Virus record (IMG/VR): IMGVR_UViG_3300033186_000039
Coordinates: 1 to 64,000 of that record
DNA length: 64,000 nucleotides
Reading direction: 5' to 3' (one strand)
Source of the DNA: a virus
The number at the start of each line of letters is the position of its first letter. The stretch's first letter is position 1. The translations under genes and the position numbers were made by a program. Under the pieces are notes generated by a model. It was not told the DNA's origin and did not search any database. It was given only the letters and a program-made list of their open reading frames with translations. Shown here in pieces: positions 1 through 9,537 of this stretch.

Positions 1-79
1 TGGCAAGCATGGAGGGAGTGTTAGCTATTTTTTGAGCGCACTTTTGCACATGCTATCTACTGGCAAGCATGGAGGGAGT
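1..79. repeat. Pair of identical 19-bp direct repeats (TGGCAAGCATGGAGGGAGT at 1-19 and 61-79), first copy cut by window edge
   Basis: Exact repeat read directly, with a 41-bp unique spacer. Only two copies are visible, so CRISPR remnant vs iteron vs att-flank cannot be decided. Confidence 0.7.
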
Positions 80-810
80 ACGCGCAGAATAATATTGCTA
101 CAGTCTACGTCGTTTATACGTTACCGATAATCCGCTATTGGATTCAGGTTTGTTGTTTCATTTCAGATTGTTAAAAAGCGGTTTTGCTTTACAATTAGGA
201 GATTTGAGGCGGTTTTAACTTGTTGAGTATTCCAATAAAACCGTGCTTTGTGTACTCTGTTATTTATGACAAAAAACAACAATTAGCCGCATTTGATCCC
301 TGTCAATTCAGGCTGCCCACTTACATGCGCTCGGATATGGGGCACAATATCCATACTAATCTAAGTATCGACACAGTTTTATATTGTCGCAATTCCCTCA
401 TGATGCTTATGTGTTGGTTTTGCTATAGCCTAATGATGGCTATAAATACAGCCAAGCTGCATACATGCTAAATGAAACAAGGCAAACCTTGCCTATCCTA
501 TATAGGCTTGATAACATTTATTTGTTGCGATTTCATGAGGTAACAATAAACCGTTTAAAATCTCCAGTGCATTTAGTTTTAATGCTACGCGATTTTTTAA
601 ATTCATAAAAAACCGCTAACTTTCTCGCAAAATTACATGCGCAAAAATCGCACTAAACGCAGCAAATTGTAATAGAGCAAATGATAAAAAACTGGTTTTA
701 TCAGTAAGTACAGCTATCGCTGTTTTAAACAAACTGTTAAAAATTTGCTTAAAACAAAAATATTTTGTTTGCCGTGTCTCTCAAATTGTGAAAATTTTAA
801 ACTTCTCTAT

Positions 811-944
811 TTTTTTTGTCAATATTTTTGGATTAAAAAATGAAAAGCTTTGTTTGTTTCTCTGTTTTGTTAAAAGTTGAATACATTATAAAACAGTATT
901 TTTTATTGTCAACATTTTTGGATTAAAAAATGAAAAGTTTTTTC
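811..944. repeat. Imperfect ~42-bp direct repeat, 90-bp period, in AT-rich non-coding region
   Basis: 24-nt identical core ATTTTTGGATTAAAAAATGAAAAG at 824-847 and 914-937, each preceded by TTGTCAA(T/C). Confidence 0.8.
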
Positions 945-1195
945 ACACTGGAAAATTTCAACACATAGTAAGAAGCGCGTGTAAATAGCACAAAATTGAT
1001 AAAAAAGTCAAGAAAAAATAATAAAAAACCTAGCAAAATGGCGTTATTTTTTTTACGTCCATTTATGCCATTTTTTACACGCCCTGCCCTCGTCGTGGCG
1101 TGAATTTTTTACCCGTGTCAACACACGAAAATGTTTGACGCGAGTACAAATTTTTTGTGAGTTATTTCTGCTTTATAGTGTCCCTATAGGGAAAA

Positions 1196-1654
1196 TTAAC
1201 GTGGTCTTGATTCTAGCAATTGTTCCAGCTTTATCACGAACTTGCTGTGTAGTTTGGTGTCTGGAGATTTTTTGTATTTGTAGGTCGTGCCCACTGAGCA
1301 ACCTAAATATTTCATCAAGCCTTCTTCTGTCCAACCCTGCCCTTGTCCAAAGCCCACAAATTCGTCCTTGGCTCTTTGCCATGTCCATACTTTTAAAAGC
1401 TTTTTAACGTCCTCGCCCTTGGTGATTGTTGCCTGCAATTGGCGTAGCTTCTGAATCGAATTTTCTTTGTATAAATCCGACTTGTGCCAGAGGTTGCTGC
1501 CTATTGTGCCCAAACCAAGAAAGCGTCCCACGTCGCGCTCGGTTGCCCCTGCCTCTTTGCAGTGTGGGATTACTTGAGACCATTCTTCATACGTCACATG
1601 TGGTTTTTTTTGTGGCATATCGCCCTCCCTCGCTCGATTAATTTCAGTTGTCAT
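1196..1654 (-). CDS. HTH DNA-binding protein, paralog A (function unknown)
   Basis: 152-aa ORF. Clear paralogy with 2642-3154 (EWSxVxxHCxxAGAxxxDVGRxLGL ... LLKVWTWxR ... YLGxS ... KLxSKF). Confidence 0.7.
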   Translation of the reverse strand: MTTEINRAREGDMPQKKPHVTYEEWSQVIPHCKEAGATERDVGRFLGLGTIGSNLWHKSDLYKENSIQKLRQLQATITKGEDVKKLLKVWTWQRAKDEFVGFGQGQGWTEEGLMKYLGCSVGTTYKYKKSPDTKLHSKFVIKLEQLLESRPR

Positions 1655-1807
1655 ATTACACTATTTAAGCTGAAAAATGAAGAGGGGAAGAGTGCTGTTT
1701 TCTGAATGCTGAGTGATGAATTAATGATTCAGGGTTTGGTGTTCGATGCTGCTTGTTTTGACAATATTGAGGGATGGTGAAGGATGGGGTTTAAGAGGGG
1801 TGGATTT

Positions 1808-1895
1808 AATCAGCGCAAAATTGCGCCGATTAACTTATTGATAACTTGGTGTTTATTTTTGGTTTGGGATGAATCGGCGCAAAATTGCGCCGATT
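1808..1895. repeat. Two copies of a 24-bp palindrome (AATCRGCGCAAAATTGCGCCGATT) at 1808-1831 and 1872-1895; hairpin, terminator or operator
   Basis: The second copy has perfect 11-bp arms and lies 8 nt downstream of the stop of the Rha-like gene (minus strand). No clear U-run follows. Confidence 0.6.
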
Positions 1896-1903
1896 GAATT
1901 TTG

Positions 1904-2458
1904 TCATTGTCCTGCAAATGATACTACGCCGTTGCGATCAACAGTTTCCACGCCATCAACATGAACGCCCACATCTTCACCATTAAGATAGGCTAAACCC
2001 AAAAGGTAGTTATTGGCACGTCTTGCTACCTCTGGTGAACTTGGGTGTTTTTTGAGTGTGTCGCAGGTTTTGCGTAGCTGTTCGCGGGCTTGAAGTTCTA
2101 GGCGGTCTATTCCTGCTGGTTCAGTTGCTCGGTTAAAAAGTATTGCCTCCATTTCGTTAAATGCGTCAAGAAAGTCAAATTTCCACGCCATCGCTTTAGG
2201 ACCAGTTAAGCCCATAATTAAAACCATGCAGCCATCACGAGTGATGTTATAGATGGGTTGCTTTCTGCCGCGTTCATCTAAGTAATCTGTGTAATGGAAA
2301 CAGACTTTTTTGCGCTCTTCAGAGCATTCCATGTTTTTTATGGCACGGAGAATATCTTTGTGTTCTCTGTCGAACCGCTTAGCAACAATCAGGCTTGTTG
2401 TCATCATCTCTTGGTTCAGAATGAATACAAGTTCATTTTTTGGTTTTTCTTTTTTCAT
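1904..2458 (-). CDS. rha: Rha-family phage regulatory protein
   Basis: 184-aa ORF. N-terminal MTTSLIVAKRFDREHKDILRAIKNM matches the Rha/pRha signature as I remember it. Confidence 0.65.
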   Translation of the reverse strand: MKKEKPKNELVFILNQEMMTTSLIVAKRFDREHKDILRAIKNMECSEERKKVCFHYTDYLDERGRKQPIYNITRDGCMVLIMGLTGPKAMAWKFDFLDAFNEMEAILFNRATEPAGIDRLELQAREQLRKTCDTLKKHPSSPEVARRANNYLLGLAYLNGEDVGVHVDGVETVDRNGVVSFAGQ

Positions 2459-2641
2459 AACGCCCCCGCGTAATTAAGTGAAAGGTTAATCCTGTGCCGC
2501 AACTTTTTGTGCAATTGCGGTGTCAGATATTAAACCAAAATCAAGCGTCTGGTGTCAATATAAAATTAACGAAAAGGTTAATCGTAGCATTCCAAGCTTG
2601 TCGCATTGGAATGCCTGTTTTTTTGTTTCGCCCAATGAATG

Positions 2642-3154
2642 TCAGGCGTGACGGTTTCTGGCGAGTTTGGCTTGGTACAAGTTTTCCAATGGCTCGGCAA
2701 ATTTGCTGTATAGCTTTTTGTCGAGGTTGTTTTTGTGTTTGTAAGCGGCGTGTAAAGAAATGCCGAGATAGTTAAACAGGGCGGCTTCGTCCCATTCACC
2801 TGTCTCAATAAATTCTTTGCGTACTCGTCGCCATGTCCAAACTTTCAACAATACACTGGTGTCGTCGTTGTTGGCGATAACTTGTTGCAATAGGCGTAGT
2901 TGCCGTATTGCCACTGGCTTTATTAACGTGGTTTGTCTTTTGATTTGCGGCTGTATGGCTTTTAGCCCTAAGTAACGTCCCACGTCATTTGCCGAAGCCC
3001 CCGCCGTCATGCAGTGCTCCACCACTGCTGACCATTCTGCAAAATCCACTCGTTCCCTTTTTGCGGGTGTTTCGAGTTTGCTGTCGCTGGTTTTTGGAAT
3101 GGCTGACGGCTTATCGTTTTCTGACACTGATTCTCCTGTGGTTGTAAAGTACAA
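2642..3154 (-). CDS. HTH DNA-binding protein, paralog B
   Basis: 170-aa ORF with TTG start at 3154 (GTG at 3127 possible, no upstream ATG). Paralog of 1196-1654. Confidence 0.65.
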   Translation of the reverse strand: MYFTTTGESVSENDKPSAIPKTSDSKLETPAKRERVDFAEWSAVVEHCMTAGASANDVGRYLGLKAIQPQIKRQTTLIKPVAIRQLRLLQQVIANNDDTSVLLKVWTWRRVRKEFIETGEWDEAALFNYLGISLHAAYKHKNNLDKKLYSKFAEPLENLYQAKLARNRHA

Positions 3155-3305
3155 ATAGTATTTTTATTATACAGTAATTTTTCTGAAGGCTGTGTGTTGG
3201 TTCGACTTGCATGATGTATGTTATTATTTTAGGTATCCAGCAAGTGGTATCAGTTGGTGCGTTTTGTTTGGTTTTATTATTCTGAGAGGTTTTTATGCGT
3301 ACCTT

Positions 3306-3674
3306 ATGGTTTTATTGATTTTATGTAGCTTCTCTTCTGTTGCGGTGGCTGAAGAGCTTTGTGATAAACTTAACCGCCTTATTGTCCGCGCTGAAAAAAT
3401 GGTTGCGATGGAAGACCAGCGCGATGAAGGCAAGACCGTTCATCATGGTAATTATGAAGAATTGAAAATAGGTAACTGGCATTCTGTAATCCTGATTAAC
3501 TTGCAAATCATGCATATTAATGGCTGTAAATACGAAGATATTTTCCTGCCCGACCTTTATATGGTGCCAGCTATTAAGTGTCGCACTGAAGAACTTACCA
3601 AAGAGGTGACGGGGAAAATGCCGAATCCTGAAAAGTGCGATATGGATAAGTGGGTGCGTGATGATAAAAAGTAG
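3306..3674 (+). CDS. Small secreted protein (signal peptide)
   Basis: In-frame ATG at 3306 gives a signal-peptide-like N-terminus, MVLLILCSFSSVAVA/EE. The upstream part of the 3192 ORF looks non-coding. Confidence 0.5.
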   Translation: MVLLILCSFSSVAVAEELCDKLNRLIVRAEKMVAMEDQRDEGKTVHHGNYEELKIGNWHSVILINLQIMHINGCKYEDIFLPDLYMVPAIKCRTEELTKEVTGKMPNPEKCDMDKWVRDDKK

Positions 3675-3676
3675 GT

Positions 3677-3823
3677 TGTAGGGTGGGTTAGGCGTGGATG
3701 GCTTTTGGGTTGTGGTGGTCTATGTCGCCGTAACCCGCCGATTGATGTTGGCGTGGTGATGGTGGGTTACGGCGGTTGAGGTCATCTTTGTTTTAAGGTC
3801 GTTCACGCCTAATCCACCCTGCG
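3677..3823. repeat. Nested inverted repeats (variant of the GTAGGGTGGG.. hairpin family)
   Basis: Outer arms are TGTAGGGTGGGTTAGGCGTG (3677-3696) and CACGCCTAATCCACCCTGCG (3804-3823). Inner arms are GCCGTAACCCGCCG and GGTGGGTTACGGCGG. Confidence 0.75.
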
Positions 3824-4372
3824 TGCTATGCAAGGATTTATGTATTAGAGAAGAAGATTTTAGAGATATTTATTTAATACATTAGGGTTGACTCAATGGG
3901 ATTCCCGTCCCACCAAGGCAAGATTTCCGATTTAACCCGATAGGCTCGGGAGGATATCGGGGAACTATTGCTGAATAAAGTTCAGGACAACAGTTAGCAA
4001 AGTTGACGCTTCTAATTGTAGCCTGAATTTTATCGAAAATCTAGTTTTTAAGCTTGAAGCGGTATTGCGCTATTTTCAACCTGTCTTCTTTTGTCAGCCT
4101 GTCTCTCTCATATTCAGCCCAAGTTTTTTTGCGCTCTGCTAAATAATCACGCAACCGTGTGGCATTGACAACGGATTCATTTGAATATGGCATGTTTGTT
4201 TATGGCGAATCGTCAGTCATTGAAAGCACCTCGCTTGGCGAAGAAGTAAGTGTTTTTGATGCGCGTTTTTGTTGTCATTGCGCTGACATTCTCACTATAT
4301 TCCCGTTGCTCTGTTTTGTCAAAAACAGTATGATTGTCTTGTCAAAATATAATAAGCAACTGGACTGACAAC

Positions 4373-7054
4373 ATGGAACAAGCAAGCGGAATTGATGGGT
4401 GGTTAGTGGAGAAACGGAACAAGCAGGAAGTGCCTTTTGATAGAACAAAAATTGCTGAGGCGATGTCGAAAGCATTTTTGGCGGTTGTCGGAGATTATGA
4501 CTCTGATTATATGGATAAAATGACTGATGGGGTTGTGGGTAGAATCGTGGTAAATTTGTCACCTGACAGCACGATATTGTCAATTTCTGATATTCAAGAT
4601 TTTATGATTGATACACTGCAAAGCAGTGGGCACAACGACGTAGCTGAAGCCTACGCAAACTACCGCAATCAACACGATAAGATGCGGGCTGAACATAATC
4701 ATGATGTGGCGTTGTGGGTTACGCCGTTGGTGGAGCGGGCGTGTGATGGCTTGGATGATGTGAAGGCAGAGCCAATTTATGATGAAGTGTATAAAAATTT
4801 GGTGTTTGATGCGGTGGGTGTGGATGAAATACTGGATTCGTTAATTTTGGCAACGAAGTCGTTGATTGAAACTGAGCCAAATTATAGCTATGTGGCAGCG
4901 CGGTTGTTGTTGCACAAGTTGCAAAAAGAAGCGTTTGCCAAGCTTGATGGGTTTGATTTTGATTGGATGCTCAATAAGGATGGGATGGTTGGGTTGTATC
5001 CCGCTTACTTTAAAGAGTGTTTGCAGTTTGGTGTCGGCTTTGGGCAGTTCGATCCGCGCTTGTTAGAGTTTGACCTTGAAGAAATTGCTGACGCGATTGT
5101 GCCTGAGTGGGATTGGAAGTTTAATTATTTGGGGATGCGGACGGTTTATGACCGTTATTTGTCGCACCATGAGGGGGTGCGTTATGAGTTGCCGCAGGCG
5201 TGGTTGATGCGGGTGGCGATGGGACTGGCGGTTGAAGAGAAAGAAAAAGAGAAGTGGGCGATTGAGTTCTATAACGTATTATCAAACTTTGATTTGATGA
5301 GTAGTACGCCGACCTTGTTTAATTCAGGTACGGTGCGTCCGCAGTTGTCCAGTTGTTTTTTGACCACGATTCCTGATGACTTAGATGGTATCTATGAGGC
5401 GATTCAAGATAACGCGAATATGCAGAAGTGGGCGGGCGGTTTAGGCAATGACTGGACGCAGGTTCGGGGTATGGGGGCACATATCAAAGGCACGAATGGC
5501 AAGTCGCAAGGGGTTGTGCCGTTTATGAAGGTCGCGAATGATACGTTGATCGCTGTTAACCAAGGTGGTTTAAGACGAGGAAGCGGCTGCGCGTATTTGG
5601 AAACGTGGCATATTGATATTGAAGACTTTTTGGAGTTGCGCAAGAATACGGGCGATGAACGCCGTCGAACTCACGATATGAATACGGCGAATTGGGTTCC
5701 TGATTTGTTTATGCAGCGGGTGCAGGCAGATGGTATGTGGACGCTGTTCTCGCCTGATGAAGTGAGCGATTTGCATGATTTGTATTGCGCTGAATTTAAA
5801 ACGCGGTATGAAGAATATGAGCGCATGGCAGATGCAGGTGAAATAAAGCTGTTCAAGCGAGTCAAAGCGGTGGATTTGTGGCGTAAGATGTTGACGATGC
5901 TGTTTGAAACTGGGCATCCTTGGCTGACGTGGAAAGACCCAGCGAATTACCGTAACCCACAAAAACACGCGGGCGTGGTGCATTCCAGTAACTTATGCAC
6001 TGAAATAACCCTGAATACGTCGGATGAGATTGCAGTTTGTAATTTGGCTTCTGTCAATTTGTCCAATCACTTGCAGGTCAATGGTGCGTTGGATTTGGAG
6101 AAATTGGCGCATACGGTGAGTGTCGGGATGCGGATGTTGGATAATGTAATTGATATTAATCATTACCCTGTGGAACAAGCGCGGCGTTCTAATTTGAAAC
6201 ATCGTCCAGTTGGTTTGGGGGTTATGGGCGTTCAGGATGTGCTGCATACGCGGCGAATTGCGTATGACAGTGAGGAAGCGGTTGCGTTGTCGGGTATGAT
6301 TCAGCAACAAATTTCTTATTTTGCGATTAAGGCATCTTGTCATTTGGCTAAGGAACGTGGAACGTATGAGAGTTATGAAGGTTCTTTGTGGTCACAGGGC
6401 GTTTTACCTGTAGATAGCTACCGTGATTTTATGCAAAATGTGCGCGGGGTGAATGTTGATGTAGCGAAGAATTGTCAGTGGGATAAATTGCGCAATGAGA
6501 TTGCGTGTTACGGGATGCGTAATTCAAACACGATGGCGATTGCACCGACTGCAACGATTAGTTTGATTTGCGGGGTATCGCAGTCTATTGAGCCGACTTA
6601 TCAAAACTTACACGTCAAGGGTAATTTGAGTGGTGAGTTTACGGTGTTGAATCGGCATTTGGTGGAGGCGTTGAAGTGTCGAGGCTTGTGGGACAAGCAA
6701 ATGGTGAATGATTTAAAGCTGCACGATGGTTCGGTGCAGGATATTGACCGTGTTCCAGACAAGATTAAGGCGGTGTTTAAAACCGCGTTTGAGATTGCCC
6801 CCGCGTGGTTGGTGAAGTGTGCAGCGCAACGGCAGATTTGGCTTGACCAATCACAGTCGTTGAATTTGTATGTGAAAGAGCCATCTGGTAAGGCGTTGAA
6901 TGAGTTGTATATGCTGGCGTGGGAATGCGGTTTGAAAACGACGTATTATTTGCGCACCTTGGGAGCAACGCGGGTGGCGAAGACGACGATGATGGCGGCG
7001 GTGTTGGAAGAGGAGGTTTGCTCTTTGGAAGAGGGGTGTGAGAGTTGTCAGTAG
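4373..7054 (+). CDS. nrdA: Ribonucleoside-diphosphate reductase alpha subunit, class I, with N-terminal ATP-cone
   Basis: ATP-cone-like VEKRNKQEVPFDRTKIAEAMSKAF. Class I motifs LSSCFL, HSSNLCTEI and KTTYYLRT, plus a C-terminal CESCQ pair. ATG 4373 is preferred over the TTG 4334 given by the track. Confidence 0.9.
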   Translation: MEQASGIDGWLVEKRNKQEVPFDRTKIAEAMSKAFLAVVGDYDSDYMDKMTDGVVGRIVVNLSPDSTILSISDIQDFMIDTLQSSGHNDVAEAYANYRNQHDKMRAEHNHDVALWVTPLVERACDGLDDVKAEPIYDEVYKNLVFDAVGVDEILDSLILATKSLIETEPNYSYVAARLLLHKLQKEAFAKLDGFDFDWMLNKDGMVGLYPAYFKECLQFGVGFGQFDPRLLEFDLEEIADAIVPEWDWKFNYLGMRTVYDRYLSHHEGVRYELPQAWLMRVAMGLAVEEKEKEKWAIEFYNVLSNFDLMSSTPTLFNSGTVRPQLSSCFLTTIPDDLDGIYEAIQDNANMQKWAGGLGNDWTQVRGMGAHIKGTNGKSQGVVPFMKVANDTLIAVNQGGLRRGSGCAYLETWHIDIEDFLELRKNTGDERRRTHDMNTANWVPDLFMQRVQADGMWTLFSPDEVSDLHDLYCAEFKTRYEEYERMADAGEIKLFKRVKAVDLWRKMLTMLFETGHPWLTWKDPANYRNPQKHAGVVHSSNLCTEITLNTSDEIAVCNLASVNLSNHLQVNGALDLEKLAHTVSVGMRMLDNVIDINHYPVEQARRSNLKHRPVGLGVMGVQDVLHTRRIAYDSEEAVALSGMIQQQISYFAIKASCHLAKERGTYESYEGSLWSQGVLPVDSYRDFMQNVRGVNVDVAKNCQWDKLRNEIACYGMRNSNTMAIAPTATISLICGVSQSIEPTYQNLHVKGNLSGEFTVLNRHLVEALKCRGLWDKQMVNDLKLHDGSVQDIDRVPDKIKAVFKTAFEIAPAWLVKCAAQRQIWLDQSQSLNLYVKEPSGKALNELYMLAWECGLKTTYYLRTLGATRVAKTTMMAAVLEEEVCSLEEGCESCQ

Positions 7055-7073
7055 GGGTGTGGTAAAAGTGTAG

Positions 7074-7105
7074 AATGGGCTGACGGCAGGAAGCCCATTT
7101 TTTTT
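7074..7105 (+). terminator. Rho-independent terminator after nrdA (also a member of the GGGCTGAC..GAAGCCC hairpin family)
   Basis: Stem AATGGGCT (7074-7081) pairs with AGCCCATT (7092-7099) and is followed by T8. Confidence 0.75.
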
Positions 7106-7134
7106 GTGTATTATTCTTTTATAGGAAAGAAGAA

Positions 7135-7407
7135 ATGAGAGTTCCTCAAGTTTTTAGTGCTACCGCAATAAAGAATTGGCATATTGAAGAAGAATACGAG
7201 CCTGGCAAATGGAGATTTTCAAGACCATGTGGGTTTTTTACATGGTGGAAATATTCGCATTGGCGAATGCGTGTATTGATTGCTTGGAAAGTATTTATAG
7301 GGCGATATGATGCGGTAAATTGGCAAGGCACTGGTGAGAAGCTTAGAACTGAGACTAACCACAGGGATGTGACAGAAAAAGAGTTTGGTTCGGTTAAGCA
7401 TACATAA
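7135..7407 (+). CDS. Hypothetical protein (90 aa, Trp-rich)
   Basis: ATG preceded by AGGAAAGAAGAA. No recognisable motif, and an antisense ORF of equal length also exists. Confidence 0.4.
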   Translation: MRVPQVFSATAIKNWHIEEEYEPGKWRFSRPCGFFTWWKYSHWRMRVLIAWKVFIGRYDAVNWQGTGEKLRTETNHRDVTEKEFGSVKHT

Positions 7408-7436
7408 TGAGGTGCGAAGCCCATATGATTGTTAAT

Positions 7437-7511
7437 CTCGTTCCCACGGCATCCGTGGAAATGTAGCTTGTACGCTCTGCAAACTCTTATGACGCAGAAC
7501 GTGGGAACGAA
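7437..7511. repeat. CTCGTTCCCACG .. CGTGGGAACGA inverted repeat (hairpin family 2)
   Basis: 12-nt arms at 7437-7448 and 7500-7511, with an inner CCACGG/CCGTGG hairpin. Confidence 0.75.
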
Positions 7512-7520
7512 TGGGTAATA

Positions 7521-8174
7521 TTAAAGCCAGCAACCTTCTAACAAGCTTTTTTGCTGGTTGTCTTGGCTTGGTTGTTGGCGTGGCATGTCGTCAATGTTGA
7601 GCAGGTCTAGCAGGATGTCTAATGGGTTTTCTCCTGCTTTTAGGCGGTCGTATTCTTCTCCAGCCCAGCTTAATTCTTCTACCCACGTATATTCATTTTC
7701 TTCACTAGGCATTCCACCTGTTTGCCATTTCTGGTGTGTTTCAATCAGTTCTTTTGTTTGGCGGATGCGATGGCGTAGTTCGTGCGCCTCTTTGTCTCGT
7801 AAGCGCACGACTTCTGATAATAAGTTAATGGCTCTGCTGCTGTCATGCCATTTTTCTTTTAATTCTCGCATTTTGTCTGCGATGAATTTTTCAGTTTCGT
7901 TTGCGTCAAATACTTGTGCCTCAGCAAATAAGCTGTGCGCAATGACGACGATAAACCAGCAGCCATAGCTTGCGCCTTCTTTCTCTTCGTCACGAAATAT
8001 CCGATTGTCTTTTTCATCAAAGAATTGGCGTTGAATAAAGCATTTTACTCCGCTATTGCTGCCTTCAACAAAATCACCTACTTGCCAAGTATCCATTTGA
8101 CAGTAAAAACGTTTGGTTTGCAGGTGGTATTGTTTTTTGTTGTGGTTGATTAAAAATGTGTCGAACATGCCCAT
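7521..8174 (-). CDS. Hypothetical protein (217 aa)
   Basis: Long ORF with a coiled-coil-like central part. No motif recognised. Confidence 0.55.
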   Translation of the reverse strand: MGMFDTFLINHNKKQYHLQTKRFYCQMDTWQVGDFVEGSNSGVKCFIQRQFFDEKDNRIFRDEEKEGASYGCWFIVVIAHSLFAEAQVFDANETEKFIADKMRELKEKWHDSSRAINLLSEVVRLRDKEAHELRHRIRQTKELIETHQKWQTGGMPSEENEYTWVEELSWAGEEYDRLKAGENPLDILLDLLNIDDMPRQQPSQDNQQKSLLEGCWL

Positions 8175-8535
8175 GTTGGTTTTCCTTTTTATTCTGTTTA
8201 ATTTTTAAGCGACTCAACCATTTTCATTTCTTTCAGGATGTTTAGGTATTTATCAAGCGTTACAAATAAGGCTTGATGGTGAGTTTCGCCAGCCTCAAGC
8301 CGACAGTGATACATGCAAAAAAGTGTTTTGGTAAAATAGGGGGCTAATGTTTCCAGAAATTGGAAAGTTGATTTTATTTAAGTCAAATTTGTCTTTGAAC
8401 TTTTCATCTACGAGTTGTACTGGCATTGTAATACTCCTGTTTATTGGGTTGTCATGGTGGGTTGCGGTGCGGTTTGGGCTTTGCTTTCTTGGTAAGCCGT
8501 TGCGCACCTAACCAACCCTGCGTTCGTTAATTGGT

Positions 8536-9345
8536 TTACACCGCTACGGGTGCTTTGATGTGTGGGTGTGGGTCGTATCCGACGAATTCAAAGTCGTCGG
8601 GGTGGTAGCTGAAGATGTCCGCTGGTTGGCGTTTTATGTGTAGTTGTGGGAACGGTCGTGGTGCGCGCTGTAGCTGTAGTTTGGCTTGCTTAAGGTGGTT
8701 TTGGTATAGGTGGGTATCGCCAAGGCTGACGACTAATTCCCTGACTTGAAAATCGCATTGTTGGGCAATCATGTGGGTAAGCAGGGCGTATGAGGCAATG
8801 TTGAAGGGTAAACCAATAAATACGTCGCTGGAGCGCATGTAGAACAGTAGTGAGAGTTTGCCGTCGATGACGTAGCATTGCCATAGGATGTGGCATGGGG
8901 GCAGGGCGGCTTCGTCTAGCTCTTCTGGATTCCAAGCGGTGACGACGTGGCGGCGGGAGTGTGGGTTGTTTTTGAGTCCGCAAATCAAGTCTTCTATTTG
9001 GTCAATTGGAGCGATGCTACCGAAGTGTCGCCATTGATACCCGTATATTTTTCCTAAGCCACCATCTTCTTTAGCCCATGCATCCCAGATATGTACACCG
9101 TGGTCATTTAGGTATTTGATGTTGGTGTCCCCACTCAGAAACCAAAGTAGTTCGACGATGATGGCTTTAGTGTTGAGTTTTTTGGTTGTCAGTAGTGGGA
9201 AGCCTTGTTGTAGGTCGAAGCGTAGCATTCTGCCAAATGTTGATAGTGTGCCTGTGTTTGTGCGGTCGGCTTTTGATAAGCCGTTGTTAAGCAGGTCTTG
9301 TAGGATGTCTAGGTATTGTTGTTCGCCTTCGTTTTTTTTGTTCAT
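8536..9345 (-). CDS. thyA: Thymidylate synthase
   Basis: Motifs FPLLTTKK, ELLWFLSGDTN, GYQWRHF, TAWNP..LPPCH, GLPFNIASYALL and GDTHLYQNH. ATG at 9345 (MNKKNEGEQQYLDIL) fits ThyA N-termini better than TTG 9450. Confidence 0.92.
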   Translation of the reverse strand: MNKKNEGEQQYLDILQDLLNNGLSKADRTNTGTLSTFGRMLRFDLQQGFPLLTTKKLNTKAIIVELLWFLSGDTNIKYLNDHGVHIWDAWAKEDGGLGKIYGYQWRHFGSIAPIDQIEDLICGLKNNPHSRRHVVTAWNPEELDEAALPPCHILWQCYVIDGKLSLLFYMRSSDVFIGLPFNIASYALLTHMIAQQCDFQVRELVVSLGDTHLYQNHLKQAKLQLQRAPRPFPQLHIKRQPADIFSYHPDDFEFVGYDPHPHIKAPVAV

Positions 9346-9449
9346 GTGGCGTTTTAGGTCTTCTGCGGCTGGTAAGCATGAGAGATCTTGCTGGGTTTTG
9401 ATTTTGTGTCCCATAGGGTTTGCCTTGTAGTTAAAATAAATATTTCGCA

Positions 9450-9479
9450 ACGGAGACCGCCCCTAGGGGCGGTCTCCGT
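9450..9479. repeat. Perfect 30-bp palindrome ACGGAGACCGCCCCTAGGGGCGGTCTCCGT followed by AATCTTGTTAA
   Basis: Read directly. It lies about 105 nt 5' of the thyA start on the minus strand. Confidence 0.9.
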
Positions 9480-9537
9480 AATCTTGTTAATCCCATAGCC
9501 CGTTTTTTTTCCTGTGCGTTCCCTTTTTAACGAGGTA

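Noticed and set aside
1-79. Calling the edge repeats a CRISPR array
   Set aside because: Only two copies are visible, the repeat length is undefined, and no cas genes occur in the window. They are kept as a generic repeat.
220-471. 83-aa ORF in the AT-rich left region
   Set aside because: It has no SD, an odd composition, and sits in repeat-rich non-coding-looking DNA.
4041-4193. 50-aa minus-strand ORF (MPYSNESVVNATRLRDYLAERKKTWAEYERDRLTKEDRLKIAQYRFKLKN)
   Set aside because: It has no SD and no recognisable family. It is plausible but unsupported.
3830-4330. Possible riboswitch (for example B12) or NrdR box upstream of nrdA
   Set aside because: I could not find a B12-box-like GCCACTG core or convincing conserved helices. 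Only the TTTTGTCAAAA dyad and a TATAAT at 4348-4353 are evident.
5404-6343. Antisense and alternative-frame ORFs inside nrdA. The same applies inside terL (11988-12560), thyA (8690-8983), the 328-aa gene (21554-22038), the 741-aa gene (35256-35699, 37062-37487) and the chaperone (27828-28338, 28413-28835).
   Set aside because: These are shadow ORFs of well-supported genes.
4373-7054. Intein or intron inside nrdA (906 aa is long)
   Set aside because: The frame is continuous and catalytic motifs are normally spaced. The extra length is explained by the N-terminal ATP-cone region.
8199-8427. Two tiny minus-strand ORFs (43 and 37 codons) that could be one frame-split gene
   Set aside because: They are too short, with no motif and no SD. 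The evidence is insufficient to add them to the frameshift list.
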